A DNA stretch of 64,000 nt from Vicugna vicugna (GCA_013265495.1 MU058059.1:3573502-3637501), one strand, 5' to 3'; positions 45,427-59,638 are shown, counted from the stretch's first letter. Notes: a model not told the origin generated them from the letters alone. Made by a program: numbers and translations.

Positions 45427-47419
45427 CCCCCACCAAAAACCCTACACAAAGACTTGCCCTATGTTTAACTTATTTTAGGTACTGAAGAGTTACTAGCTAT
45501 GGTTATAGAAGAGGTGGTTCTTGTGTTAGGGGTGAAAGTAATTCACAAGGCCTGTTAACGTCTAGACATCAGTAGAGTGTTTCATTGAGAAGTTTGTAGG
45601 GACACACACTCGCTTGGGCCATTTGTTTAGCAAACACTGTTGAAAGCTTTGTGCTATCTCTGTGTTAGATGAAGAGTATTCCACAATGCGTAATTTATTC
45701 AACAGGTACCGTCTTATATTTGAGGAGTCATTGCGAAGCACGGTGGAGAAAAAATCCATAGTCTGTAGTTTAATGGGGGAAAGCATGTAATTAACAACAG
45801 TAAAATGTGTTATATCTAGACCTTGAAGAACTCTGAGACTAGGTAGGGAGACAGAAGAGGCATGTAGCTGCTGCAACAGGGCAAGAGAAGTATGAAGAAA
45901 AGGCGCTTCTACCCCCTTTGGCTGTAGGAAGGGGCTTGTTTTCGGTTGGAGGGGAGGGCAGGCCAGGGGAGTGGTTTGCTCCTCCTCTGATGGGAGAGAA
46001 TGTTGGCTTGTACTTAACCACCCTGTGGTTTGCTGTGTGCCTCTGTTTAAAGGTGGAGGAATGGGAGGAACTGGGAGGGAAGAGGGGTAGGATGAATTAG
46101 GAGGTGACCTTTGGTGTCATTTGATTCCTTCCTTCTTAATGTTATTCTTTTAGGCAAAGGTAAATAGTTTGCTTTGATGGAAACGCCTCTATTCCACTGA
46201 ACAGTTAAACACTAAGTGAGAAGACTCATTTAGAATCAATGGTCTTTTTATACTTTGATGGTGATATAAAAACTCATTTAACTCTGTCCTCCATCACATG
46301 TAATTTTTAGTTTAATCTGTTAATGGATAGTTTTGCAGAATGTCACCTTCTGATAGGTGTATTTGAATTATTTTGTCTCTTCTTTTGATTAAGATAGTTT
46401 CTCCAAGAGTGACTTACTTAATCACACTCAGATTGGGTGGTGAATTTTTCTGTTATATGCGTAACAAAGTCATCTTGATAAGAATTATTAGCACTTTGCA
46501 CAGTTGTGGAGAAGCAGATACCAGTTTAATACATTTTCACCACACCTCAGTATTTTATTCCAAAAGTTGGTTTATATGTTGTTTATATGTGGAAGTATTT
46601 TTATAGTGATGTAATGAATTTTAAAATAGTTCTTTTGCATCAGTAAAGAAAAAGAGGTAGATATTTTCAAATTCTGTTTTTCAAGCCCTGGCAGTAATTT
46701 GACCTAGAATTCAGATTTGAAATTTGGTATTACATGTGAGAGACTTTTTAGCCCTTAATATGTTCATTTACTATTGTAAAATCTCTTCCTTTGTATTATA
46801 CAGCATTTTATTTTCCTCCCGGTTAGTAGTTTTGGGAGGAAGTTTGAAGAAGAAAGTTTAGAAAACTGAATATATTCTTCCTCCTAATGATCAGACAAGG
46901 AGGAAAATAGACCAGAATCGTTGTGCTGAAGGAGGCTTGTAACAATAACAAATCAGTAAAGAAAGTGAGGCTCTCTGAGGGACAAGGGACCTGTGATTTG
47001 TCAGCCAAAGCTGTGTAGCAGCACATCACTAAGAAGAGGCCCCAGCGAGGATGTAGAAAACTCCTCCTGTTGGCGGGTGTTTGGCACATTTTTAGGTGTT
47101 TCAGATCATTCTGTTTCACAGGGACTACATCAAACCCCAGGGTGAGCCTCCCTACTCCCCAGGGCGCAGATACCGTCTTAGCACTCCACTCCTTAAAAGT
47201 TTCGAGTAGCTCTTGACTGCCTGCTGGATGAAAGTCTAACTCTTCTAAGTCTGGCATACAAGCCCTTCTGTGACGTACTGTCTGCCCTTGTTAACACCTG
47301 TTCATCTGCACGTATCCATACTTTCTTCCCTGAGAAGGAAAAACTCTTCTCATATCCAAGCATGTTTGTTCTGCTATTTTTGCTGGTTAAGGTAAAAATC
47401 TTTTCCTGACTCAGACTGT

Positions 47420-49080
47420 GTTTCATCAGATATTTTGCCTGTCATGTTTTCAACCATCTGCTTCTTCCTTTAAACATAAAAATACACCTAGGTCTTTCAT
47501 TTTAAAAACAAATAAACAAACACACGGCTTCCTTGACTCCCAGCTCCTCCTGGTATGTGGCCCTCCCTGTGCTCTGTTTTCTGTAGTCAGGCTTCTTGGA
47601 AAAGTAGTTGGTGTGCCCCGTGTCGCCGTCCCTCACCTGTTCACCTTAGTGCTGTCTGTCCTCACTGCTCGCTGGTCATCGCCGGTTTTTATCTCCTTGG
47701 ACCTCAACTTGGCACTTGGCATTATTGACAGTTCTTTTTAAGAACTGGATTCTTTTGACTTCTGTGATACAGTTCTCTTCTGACTTTCTTCTTTGCTCTC
47801 TTTGTTGTCTTATTTGTGGCCTCTCTTTCCTAGATGCTGATGTTTCTGAGATTCTGATTTGTTTTCAATTTTATGTGACTCTGAACCTCCCTTTGTTCAG
47901 TCTCCTTGTTTCCAGGGCTTCTCTTTCTCTTCCTTGCTCTCTCTCTGCCCACGTTGGCACACACCCATATCTGTGCTTAATTCAGACAAAATCAGCTTTG
48001 AAATACGAACTGATTACCTGTTGACTATCTGAATTTGAATGTTACTCAGATGTCTCAAACTCAACACATCCCAAGTTGGTTTTACTACCCAAGCCTACTC
48101 TTAGTCCTGTATTGTAAAAAATTCTAGTGGCATTGTGATTACTCATAGAAATACTATGCACATCTAATAATTAAAATCTGTATTTCTACATCTCAGACAT
48201 AACTCTTGAATCTTTCCCATTTAATGCAACTCTGCTTCTAAATCCATTTGTTTGTTTTAATTCATTCAGTTACACGAGAAAAATTTGAGTTTCTGATCTA
48301 TGTGATGCATGTTGAGTAAGTGTTAGAACTAGTTTTGTGTAAAACAGTCTTTATTTTCATGAGGCAGTTCTAGTGGGGAGAGGTAGACACTGATCAGATA
48401 ATAAGAAGAAGGAAGTGTGGCTATGAAGAGGTAGGTAGTGCTATGAGAATCTAAAATAGGGCACTTGGAGGTGGTCAGCAAGGCTGCCACGACTGGACTA
48501 AGATTTTCCAAGAATGAATAGAAGTTATCGAGGTGGTGAAGAAAGGAAAATGCAGTGGGAGCAGCATGTACCAAGATCCTGTGGCAGGAGGGAGGTGAAA
48601 AGAAACATGTACATGTTGTGTGATGTGTTAAATAACCTCATGTTACTTAAAGACTGTGTCAGTGTGACAGTAGTGGAATCAGCCAAGATGAGTGTGGTGC
48701 TGTGTAAGTAGGTCAAATAAGGAGTTGTTTTTATCCTAACTGAGGGATTGTAAGGGGGGGAGCATGGTAGAGGTGTAGAAGTGATGGAGTGAGATCACAT
48801 TTGCATTTCCAAAAATTTAATTCTGGGTGGGGATGTATAGCTCAAGTGGTAGAGCGCATGCTTAGCATACATGAGATCCTGGGTTCAATCCCCAATACCT
48901 CCATTATAAAAGAATTAAAAAATAACTAAACCTAATTCCCCACGCCCCGCCCCCCCATTATAATTATGGTAGCAATGTGAACTAATTGTAGAGGGGAGAT
49001 ACAGATGATTTAGGCAGTTGCCACAGTCCAGGCTACAGGTGGCAGCTTGGACTGAGGGAATGGCATTGGAGATGGTGACA
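47420..49080. mobile_element. Decayed L2 LINE fragments, apparently in both orientations
   Basis: Pyrimidine-rich L2-like tract (atgtctcaaactcaacacatcccaa) followed by purine-rich antisense L2-like text (ttcattcagtt..tctagtggggagaggtagacac..gagatcacatttgcatttcc..acagtccaggc). Boundaries approximate. Confidence 0.5.
48825..48956 (+). mobile_element. tRNA-Ala-derived SINE (vic-1-like)
   Basis: ggggatgtatagctcaagtggtagagcgcatgcttagcatacatgagatcctgggttcaatccccaatacctcca (A and B boxes; close to tRNA-Ala(AGC)), then an A-rich spacer and aaacctaatt. Confidence 0.9.
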
Positions 49081-49621
49081 GGTTAAAGAGAGTCAAACCA
49101 GTGATTTTTGACTTTTCTGTAAAGTGGAAAATATATATAAAGAATTGGGAGACTGTAATTGATTTGAGTTCTTCAAAATTGGTGTCTTGTGATTGTTAGT
49201 GTTGGTAATTTTGTTGTTTGTTTACTGAGCTAGTTACCTTTCACATTTCCTTTAAGGAAGACCTTCCTTAGCCTTGCAGAGGTGGTCTGTGTACTGTGTT
49301 TTCTCAGAGGTGCTTCCTGACCTCGGTTTTTCTTGTTGCTTTTGTAACTTACCTTGACTGACTATTCAGTGTTATCTGCCTTTCAGAGGAGGTACTATTT
49401 AATATAGGATAGATCTTGCTTTCCTTCAATCATAAAGTTGCTTAAAAGAAAATCAGATGTTTGCTAGCTTATTATACTATACAGACCACAAAATGTGTAA
49501 CTGCTGAAGGAATCCTTGTTAAAAACTTTTAAGTATAAGGGACGGCTATTTGCAAATGCTTGTTTACTTAAGAGTTTATTACAACTGAAATGTGACTCAG
49601 ATTGCTCTAAAATTTCTTGGA

Positions 49622-49746
49622 GGGGAGGGTATAACTCACTGGTAGAGTTCTTGTTAGCATGCACAAGGTCCTGGGTTCAATCCCCAGTACGTCCATTAAG
49701 ATAAATAAATATAAATAAATAAACCTAATTACCTCCCCCTCAAAAA
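49622..49746 (+). mobile_element. tRNA-Ala-derived SINE (vic-1-like)
   Basis: ggggagggtataactcactggtagag..ttagcatgcacaaggtcctgggttcaatccccagtac..(aaat)n aaacctaattacctccccctcaaaaa. Confidence 0.9.
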
Positions 49747-52700
49747 CATTTAAAATTTTTAATGAAAACTTTCATTTGTTAAAAATCTCTGTACTCTTAA
49801 TGAACCTCTGTATACTCAAATTTAGTAAGTTCATGTATACTTAAGCTTAATGATTATTAGTATTTGAATTTTTCGTGGGGGTGCCTACCACAGTATTTTA
49901 AAACAAGTTCTGGGTATAACATTTCAGGACAAATATTTGCGCTTGCTTTTCTAATAGACAAAAAGGGGACATTTACATCATCGTGACACCACTGTCACTT
50001 ACTAAAACCGAAAGCAATTCTTTAGCATCATCTGATATTTAGTCTGCTGAAGTTTCCCCGCTGCAGTCCTGTGTGTTGGTTGTTGAGTCTGTGCACTGCT
50101 TCTGGTTGTCATGTGTCCACGTCGTTTTGATCTTCAGTAGCGCCTCTGCCTGCGCCTCTTTATCACCCTGTTTACTGTCGTCGCCCAGTGGAATGTCCCA
50201 TATTCTTGATGTTTCTGATGTGTATTCCCTGTAAACTTGGAGTTAGATCTGAGGGCTTGGTTAGATTCAGGTTTCAATACTTTTTGGTAAAAACACTTCA
50301 TAGATGGAGTTGTGTCCTGTCAGGTTTCCCACGTGTAGTGACCCAGAGTAGATTGGTGATGACAGCTTCACCCCTCCTTGGGAAAGTTCCACAGATATAG
50401 GTGAACGTAACATTGCAGGCATTAGCTCTGCTTTAGGGTTAAGGTGTCTTTTATTTTTATATTTTTACTTTTCTGTGTTTCCCAAGATTTCTGCAGTGAA
50501 CATTCAATGCTTTTTATAATAAGAGAAAAAATTATTTTGTTATTAGACTTGATACTTTGGGGAGATTATATCAAAAGTTTCGTTTGTCCTACCTGTTATT
50601 ACTTTAGTTTTTAATAATTTAAGCCTTTTATGCAGTCCAAAGTCTTTTTTTTAATAAGTACTCTTAAGTAACAAGGCAGTTGTATAACGTAAAATAGAGA
50701 ACAAGCCTGTAACCATCCAGTAGCAGTTCGCAGATTAAAGCATATAAAGACAGTTAGAAAACCATGTTTGTCTGAAAGTATATCTGATTTACAACTATCC
50801 TGTAGCAGCTCTCGAATCATAACTGTACAGATGTCTGTTAAGTTTCTTGAGCTCTTACTGTTAGCATCAGTTGATGGTCTCTTGTGGAAAGTATGACAGA
50901 GTTGTTCGGGATATTTTTCTCAGAGGATGGGCCAGCCCATAGACTGTATGAAAGAGGCAGGTAGGTCTAGGCAGCATGTGAGTGCGTGGGATTCCCCTTC
51001 CTCCAGATGGCGCTGATGGGGTCAGTAATGGGCCCCTAACCCAGGCCAGCCAGTATGTATGTGCTGGTGACCCACTAGCCCAAAATTTCAATGCCTCCCC
51101 TTTAAATGTGATAGGCTTTAGACTTTTAAGGTCACCCAGACTTGGAGACAGGCTGATTTGGGCCACTTGCTTGCTGAAGTAACTGGTTGAGGGAGGAGAG
51201 GGAAGGAAAAGCAAGCAGAAGAGCTCTCAGGGCCCCAGGCGTCAGTTTCTCCTGAACGTGGCCGTTTGTTTCCTGTGTCACTGAGATGACTTACGTCCTT
51301 TTTAACAAACTCTGAATTATGACTTTATTCTTCATAATAAACTTTCTTGCTTAGTTAGACTTCAAAATTTATGAAATGATGTTCAACTTTGTGACACATA
51401 CTTCACTTTATGAAAATAATCTAGACCAGTGACTTAAGTTTTCACAGACGAAACACCCACGTAGATAGCATTTTTGATGCCATGTTGTTAATATGCCGTA
51501 GTTTGCTTAACGACTTTTCTCTGGCTTGTGGGGTGTTCTCTGTAATTAGAGTTATCGTGAACACTTGGTACTGTTTTCAAAATTCAGGTTTAAATGAAAG
51601 AGAAGTTTAGTTATGCGTATTTCAGCTTTTAAAGGCTATGATTGGATTCAGTTACCATTTTTAAAAATAGATGTTAAAGAACTGTTAATATGAGAGGGCT
51701 TTGAAATACTAGTCTGCAGTATAATTTGACAGATTTCTTATGGGCCTGCATTTTGACAGCCTTTAATTATGTAGCTGTATGCTTCCGTAAATGCATATTC
51801 GTCCACATATATTTACTCATGTATTTATGTGTATCTGTAAATATATGTACACATACACTTTTATTCTGGTACTGGGATAATCTGGCATGAATTGGAGTAA
51901 CTGCTATACCTTTAAAGGTCTGGAGTACCTTTACATCATAGAGTGTTTCCTGTTTTGTTTTTTCTATGAACAGATTTTACTCTTACAGCTTATAGGGAAA
52001 GACGAATCGCTTGGCCTGCTTGGCCTTGTTGTCTAAGTACTGTTCCCACTGCTGAAAACCTCCACAACAGCATTTCCCAAAGATAGCTTTTTCTGAATCT
52101 TCAGGTTTTCCCATCAGAATTTTTCATGTAAAAGATTTTATGAACACATTAAGCTAATATTAAAAACACATTTGAAAGTCTGTTCTGATTATAAAATTAA
52201 TGCTTAACACAGAAAGTTGAAAATGTATAGAACAGTATAAAGCAAATAAAAATTGCCCAACACTACCACCTACAAATAACCACTGTTAACATAATTTTTT
52301 GTGTGTTCTGTTTGACTCTCTTATAATTTTAAGTCATATTTTAAAATTAATATTTAAATTTTTTAATTTTTAAAATATTTAAAAAATTACTGTGATCATT
52401 TTCTCATGTTATAAGTATTTCGCTTCTAACCTAACAAGAGCTTCAGATATGTAGATGGTGCTAAAAACATTTATTTCAAGTTCTCCCAAAATACCATTCT
52501 CTTTTATCTTCTCCTATCCTGACTACCTAGATTTTAAAAAGCGATCTAAACTCTTCAGATATGGAGAGTTTACTTTTAACAAAGGTGTTAATTTAAGCAG
52601 CATGCACATTTAGCATTTAATCTTGAATGTAGGTGTTTTTTAAAAGTTTTTTGTGTGTACATGTTATTGTTCTTTAGATGTTACACAGTGGAAGGACATA

Positions 52701-54189
52701 AAATTTATATAAAAGTGTTACAAACCAAAATGTTCCATTTCTGTGTAAAGACAGTTTATTATTTATTCTCTCCCCCTTGTTTTCAGGACTGTGTCGCAGG
52801 GATTGCTTCGGTCAGAGTGGGCAGTCTCTGCCTCAGGAGGTCGGGAAAAGCACTCCTAGAGTGTCTGCAGTAGCGTCACACACACAGCCGGGAAAGTGTG
52901 GTCATGTGAGGTTGAGTTGTCTTCCATTTTACTGTAGAGTTGTAGGTGTTCTTTAATTGGGGTGGTGGTTAAGTTGTTCACAGACGTCCCCTAATCTCGG
53001 AGCTGAGAGGAGCCTTGGAGGTGGTTTTGTCTGCTGAGCTGAGGTGAGAGGTCAGACTGTGCTGGAGAAGTTGCATGATTTGCTCAGGGTCAGTCACCTT
53101 GTTAATGGTTTTAGATCTTAAGCGTCTACTTCGGCACACTGCTTTCTGTTTTTTACAGAAGTCAGTACACCACCAATAGCAGAACTAGGCCCCTCCCCGT
53201 GAGGCTTCCAGAAGCGTGAAGAAAGAGGTTTTTGACTTGTGACGTAGGCATAGCCACTTTTTCATGTGACAGTGATGGGGAAGTACCTGTGTGATTGGGA
53301 CACTGCTGCATGAGCTGAAGATGCCGCAGAAGAAATAAAAGATGTGATTCCTGCCTGTAGGTCCCTCCTCGCTGTGACTTCAGGCCCTGGGAGTAGGGAA
53401 AAAGTGACCGCACACTACTACATTAAGTGGATTTTGGAGATTTTTCATGGTACATTCTGAAATTTTTTGTTGATTATATAATATGGATAAACAGGACAGT
53501 GAAGCAGTTTATGAAAGCAAAGGGTTTTTTCTAATATTAGAGATTTAAATAAAACAGTGAAGTTTGGCTTTTGTATTAATCTCTGGGCCCATGCTTTTGT
53601 AATGAATGTTAATGAAATCATTCAAAAAGATAAAAGGACGTGTTTAGTACTGTTAATAATCAAACCTTCCTGAGTAGAATTGACCAGTTTTGTTTCCCAG
53701 AAAGTGGTACTCTGTTTACCTTTGCAACAGCATTTGTACAATAATATTTATTCAGTATCTACATCCAAAATTGTCCCAGCAGCTGGGGATACAGCTGCAA
53801 AGGGAGCAAGGACCCAGTCTTCATGGAGCTTACATTTGCTAAATGTGAGATTGCAATGTGTTTGAGAAACAAAACATAGAAAACATAAATATGTCAAGGT
53901 GACTTCATTTTTAAAATTTGTAATGAAGGTTTCAGGATTTTCTTTGATGTAAAACATAAAAGTATTTTCTTGGTGTTTGCTCCTTGTTTCCAGAAATGTT
54001 CGTCATTGACCTGTGGAATCAAGGGAGATACAGTATCCTTTTAAAAATCTTTTCCATATATTGCTGGTTGGACCACAGTTTCATGGTTTAGTGCTGCAGA
54101 AATCTACCTGAAATGGCTTACGAATTAGGAAATAAATACGGCTAGGTAGTTTGCGGGCTCTTCGGAAAACGTAGAGAACTTAAGAGTGT

Positions 54190-54340
54190 TGAGGCTCAAG
54201 TCAGACCTGGTTTGACATCCTACTGACGTTACTTTGTACTTGTATGACCTTAGGCAAGCGTTTTAACTTCTGGGTTAGGGTTGGCTCCCCTGTGAAATGG
54301 GGACAATAAGTAGTAAAAGTGGCAGCCTCCTAGCGTGATG
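54190..54340 (+). mobile_element. MIR SINE remnant
   Basis: agtcagacctggtttgacatcc..tgtatgaccttaggcaagcgttttaacttctggg..ccctgtgaaatggggacaataagtagta. Confidence 0.7.
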
Positions 54341-56186
54341 GCAGAGCTGAGCGACGGAACCCGTGCGAGGTTCTTGGTCCCTGCTGTGTGACTGTGGAGG
54401 CGGTGGGAGCACCGGTGGGAGCATCGGACAGTCGTCGCCAGCTCTGCCATGGCTGCGCGTCCAGCCTTCCCCGCTCCGGCTTCTCCCTGTTGCTTTGGTG
54501 CTGATGGAGTGAAGGCGTGCACATGTGCTGCTGGAGTAAGTGATTCATGAAGACCTGGAGTCAAAGCAGACCTGCTTCTGATGGTTTTGTTGTTGCTGCT
54601 GATTAGAAGGAGCCCATGTGACGCCTCTGCCTTGCTGCAGCGCCCTCGGGTGGGCTGATCCTCCTCACGGTGGTCTGTGCTGCGGGAATTGTGCGGTCAG
54701 TCTGTTCTCAGAGAGCTGTGCCTTGGCTCGTTGACCTTTCTGGTGTTAATCATGCAGAGGTCGCTGACTCGCCTGTACCTTGCAGCCAAGAGCCCTGAGA
54801 GAGCTGGGCAGGGATGGGGGAGGGACGGGGGTGCTGAGAGCTCAGCCCCCTGCGGTTTCGGGCTGTGGTAGGAGACACGGACTCCCGGTCTGGAGACTTG
54901 TTGGTTCAGAGCTCTGCCCGAGCGTGGGCTTCATGTTGGTGCCGGCCCCCTTCGCCCCTCCAGGTGCCCATGTGGTGGGGTCATGGCATGATGCACCGCG
55001 CTGCGTGTGGGGCCTGTGCGCTTCATGGTGGGCTGCACAGAAGCCTGCCCGGCCTCCTCCCACAGGGAGACCTGCCCTTCATCACGCGGGACAGTGAACC
55101 GGCCCTCCATCAGGAGGGGGTGTTACCTTCCACAACTCTCCACGGCCTCCACCTGTGAAGGCTGCAGCTATGTTGAGGCCCGTGGGCCGGCCTCTGGGTA
55201 GCTGACCTCGCCGGCTGTCAAGGAGTTCATTGGCTGTGTTCCGCTCTGTCACCTGTTCATTCTTACACTGCATCCGCGGGGGCCTTTTCTGTTTCTGAAA
55301 TGCGCCATGCCGTATTCAGGACTGCTCACCCTGAATTAAAATTGGATTCTCTTGTCAGTAAGCAGGTACCATTGAACTCAAGTTGGTACGTGTGCTGAGG
55401 TGTTTAGTAGGGGTCTCAGCTTCCTTCGTAATGCATCAGAATAAGATGGATGGACAGACACATACGGCTGGATAATTGATGTGTCTCAAAGTAAATAACA
55501 GCAAAGTGTTAATTGTAGAGTCTAGATAGTGGCCAAATAGCTGTTCACTGTCCACCTATTTCAGTTCCTCTGTTTGAAATTTTTCAAAATAAAATGTTGG
55601 AAGAAAAGCCACCTGCTCTCTCCCCCTCTCTACTCTCCCCCAAGTAGTTGTCTTTGCAGCTAAACAAAGCTTGGCATTTCAGGAAAACTTTAATGGCAAT
55701 TTACATTAAAGTACTCATAGATGATGACCATTTTAAAATTTGTTTAGTCAGAGTGGTTCTACTTTTAGCTGTTTTTAGCTTGAGTTCCTTTTTAGAGTGA
55801 GAGGTTTGGAGAATAAAGTTCCCACTATGTGAAAGGAAAGCATTGCTCTGAATCTTAGGTGTACTACAGCATTTCATACTGGAAATAGATTTTTAGATAA
55901 AGAAGGCAGGCCAGTCTCACTTAGGACAGCCTTCTGGGTGAGCTGCCCTAAATTCTCCTGCATTTTTGGAATTTGAAGCTCTATCTTTTTTCCAAACTTA
56001 TTTGCACAGAAGTCTTATTTATGTATGTTGCACTTCTATCTGACTGTTAGAATTTGGGACTGAGAATAGGATTTTGCCTTACTGGAGTGACAGCGTCTTA
56101 GAGTTAGGACAGAATACTTAGTGGCAGGAAGGGTCCTGGCTACTGAAAAGGGAGGCTAAACCAGGGCAGCCGAGTAGCTAACAGAA

Positions 56187-56263
56187 CTTTTCTTTCTTTC
56201 TTCCTTTTTTTCTTTCTTTTCTTTCCTTTCCTTTTCTTTTCTTTTCTTTTCTTCTTTTCTTTC
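56187..56263. repeat. Imperfect (CTTT/CTTTT)n polypyrimidine microsatellite
   Basis: Direct reading of the sequence. Confidence 0.9.
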
Positions 56264-59084
56264 AGTAAAAGAGTGCAAGTAAATGTAACCTGTATTGTGC
56301 GGAATTTTGTTTTATGTGGACTGTTTTTACATATAAACAGTGAGATTTCATCTATAAAATAGGAAGTTATGTATCAGATGGTACCTGTGATTGGTGACTA
56401 GTTTCCTGTCAGATAATTCCTGCAACAGTCCATTTTAAGATTATTTCTAAATGTTAAACTAAGCATTTATATTGGACAAACAGCAGGGTTTTCCTCACTT
56501 ACAGGGATTAAGTTTCAGAAATCCTCCAAACATGAGTATTTGTTTTTTATATAAATTGCTTTAAATGTTTCACTTTCTCATTTTTTTTCACTGTTTTTTC
56601 GGTTTTGTTTTTTTTTTTTTTTTAGTTTACGTCAAAGTTCAGTTTTTCTTAAAAAAGAAAAAAGCCTTTATTATTTTTCATAACAAAAATGTATACAGTT
56701 TAAAGAATTATCAAAAAGTAATTAGTGCTCAGGGTAAGAAATAGAACTTGGCCTACACTGCGAAAGGCCTTCTTGTACCCTCTCCCTCTTGTACCTCCTT
56801 TCCCTTCAGAGTTAACTTGTTTTTTATGGTAACCATTTACTCGTTCTTAATGGTTTAACCACGCACGTATTGCAGGGGATAGAGCAGAAGATTATTGATA
56901 TAAAGCAGTGGTTTTTAACCTCATTAGACACACTGTCTCATTTTAACATTTTATATTTTGTAATGCCTCCTTTACCATCCTGAAAGAAAATTCATGTTTA
57001 AAATTACCTACCAAGGTACGTAATTGAAATACTAATACAGTGCCCTAACTACAACATAAAGGAGAAATAAAGTAAGTTTGTAATGAAGTGTACACTTGGA
57101 TGTGTTTGGGTGTGACTGCACTGAAGTGACCAGATGCTTGTAACCTAATTTCAGCGACTGGGTTTGAATTTAAGAGCAGGCAAGAGTTATCTGAATAGAG
57201 GCCGACTGTGGTTTTCTTTAACGTTTTGAAATAAGGGCAAAAGAAGAATATTTATGCATATAAGTAGAATCATGTGAGTGACTGAAAGAGATATGTTGCA
57301 GTGATTCGAGTGTCCTGAGTGACATTGCTGTTGGTAGAATAGTTTTTGTGCTGGTAAACCCACCTTTTAACGTTTTGGAGAAAGAGAACAAACTTTTCCT
57401 GTTGTACACAGTAGATGTATCTCTGGAAAAGAGATTTTTCACCAGTATGAGTTCCTGGAGGGGTATTTGAACATTTGGTGGGAGGGGGCATAATAACTTG
57501 ATTGCATGGGTCAGGATAAATCACACAACTTTTCCTCTTATTTTTGAGGGCCTGTAAAGGTAGGTTTTATCAGGTCTTCTTAACCTGCAGGCTGCAGGAG
57601 TCCCTCCCCCAACCTAATCTCCTTGTCTCACCCTCACCCTCCAGAAATATTCAAGCTAAACCTGTCCTGAATATCTGCATGGCATGTTTTCCTGGGGTAG
57701 TATATAGTTTTCATCAGACCCTGTGATGCACAAAAGTGGACCAGATGTTTCTTCCTAGGAACTCTTCAGTCTGTTAAATCTGGTTACTCTTAGGCTAACG
57801 GTTATTAGTACTTGCTAATTTTCCATTTTAACCTGGAAAACGGGCTCCAGCGCAGAACGGTCTGCCGGGAGCAACCCTTACGTTGAGAGGCTTGGCTAGA
57901 GGGACACAGGCGAGTGGAAAACCTCAAATTCATTTGTTAGGTGGGTTTCTTACAGGTAATTTTACATTTTGCTGATAAGGTTAACATATCCAGTTAAGAA
58001 TTTTGTTTTGAATTGGTGGAGTTTTTTCTTTTGGCATATTTTCTTCATCTTTAGATAGTTTGCATTTTTATGTCTAGAAAGACCACAATCTGTTATTTAA
58101 GATTTATAAGCCCAGCTGGGCAATGTAAAGCTCAAGTGCTATTTCAGAATTCATATGTTAATGAAAGTGGACACGTGGTTTTCTAAATCAGTGTAAAAAA
58201 TCAGTCATTTTACCTTATTTGGATTTCCTCTAAAATTGGGGAGAATTAAAAAATCGATTTTAAAATTAAAAAGTTTAAAAATCTTATTACATAATTACAT
58301 TCTAAAAATACAGGATTGTTAGAATTTTTTAAAATGTTTTGTCATTTTACTAAGAAATTGGGGTGTTTTTTTTTAGTCCATGCTTGCTGCTAATGTTAAA
58401 GTCCTAGTTGAAATAGTCCCATAACAATTTACACATTCTCAGTTACCTGTAGTAACTTATGGATTTTGAGAATGTTGAGGAATGGAATGTACGTCTTTAA
58501 GACTCCTAGTTGTATTAACTTAAAATGTGTCTCTAGCCAACAATTTTGTGAATTCATGTAGCAAAACGGGCAGGTTGAAGCTTTCTCCTTTACTCTTCTG
58601 TGACAGCGTATGGTGGGTTCGTTAGCTGCTTGTCAGAATATGCAAGCCGCTGGGATTGAAGAAGCAGCGTATAAATATAACATATTAAAAAGTATAAAAT
58701 AATATACAAGTTGAGTGATTAACTTGCCTATGTAAAAGCAAACTATTCAAAAGGTTATAGTTCATATATGTTTATATCTACTTAAAGTGCGTACTTTTTA
58801 AATGGCTATTTCACATTAAAAGTTTTTCTGTAACTGGTCTCTTGCCTTTAGATGTTTTCTTCTAATGTTCTCTTATCTCTGTCTTCTCTCTCAACCCAGT
58901 TCCAAATTTTTTTTTGAATTGTTCATTATTTCTGAGTAGTCTTCCCTTTTATAGATATGTTAGTTTGTTGATCCATTTACTTATTAATGGACATTTGGGT
59001 GATTTTCAGTTTTTGACTTTTACCAATAAAGCAGTTACGAACATTTGTGTTCAGGTCTTTGCATGGATATATGCTTTCATTTCT

Positions 59085-59638
59085 TTTTTTTTTTTGTTAT
59101 GTGTATTTTTTTTATTAAAGTATAGTCAGTTTACAATGTTGTGTCAATTTCTGGTGTACAGCACAATGCTTCAGTCATATGTGAACATACATACATTCAT
59201 TTTCATATTCTTTTTCACCATAAGCTACTACAAGATATCGAACATAGTTCCCTGTGCTACACAGTATGAACTTGTTTATCTACTTTGTATATACCAGTCA
59301 GTATCTGCAAATCTCAAAACTCCCAATTTATCCCTTCCCACTCCTTTCCCCCCGGTAACCGTAAGTTTGTTTGATATGTCTGTGAGTCTGTTTCTGTTTT
59401 GTAAGTGAGTTTGTCCGTCTTTTTTTTAGATTCCACGTATGAGTGATATATGGTATTTGTCTTTCTCTTTCTGGCTTAGTTCACTTAGAATGATGATCTC
59501 TAGGTCCATCTGAATCTGTGTTGAATGGCATCATTTTATTCTTTTTTATGGCTGAGTTGTATTCCATTGTATGAATATACCACAACTTCTTTATCCAGTC
59601 ATCTGTCCAAGGACATTTAGGTTATTTCCATGTCTTGC
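59085..59638 (-). mobile_element. Relatively young LINE-1 3' end, adjoining an older L1 remnant (~58915-59085)
   Basis: T-tail, then ttattaaagtatagtcagtttacaatgttgtgtcaatttctggtgtacagc..ttagattccacgtatgagtgata..atggctgagttgtattccattgt..ggacatttaggttatttccatgtcttg. Confidence 0.85.

Noticed and set aside
48825..48903. Possible tRNA-Ala gene (also 49622-49695 and the six minus-strand copies)
   Set aside because: Copies are mutually diverged with disrupted stems and carry the shared A-rich SINE tail, so they are SINEs rather than functional tRNAs.
58914..59408. 164-aa hydrophobic ORF resembling a membrane protein
   Set aside because: It lies wholly within antisense T-rich L1 sequence, which generates F/L/I-rich chance ORFs.
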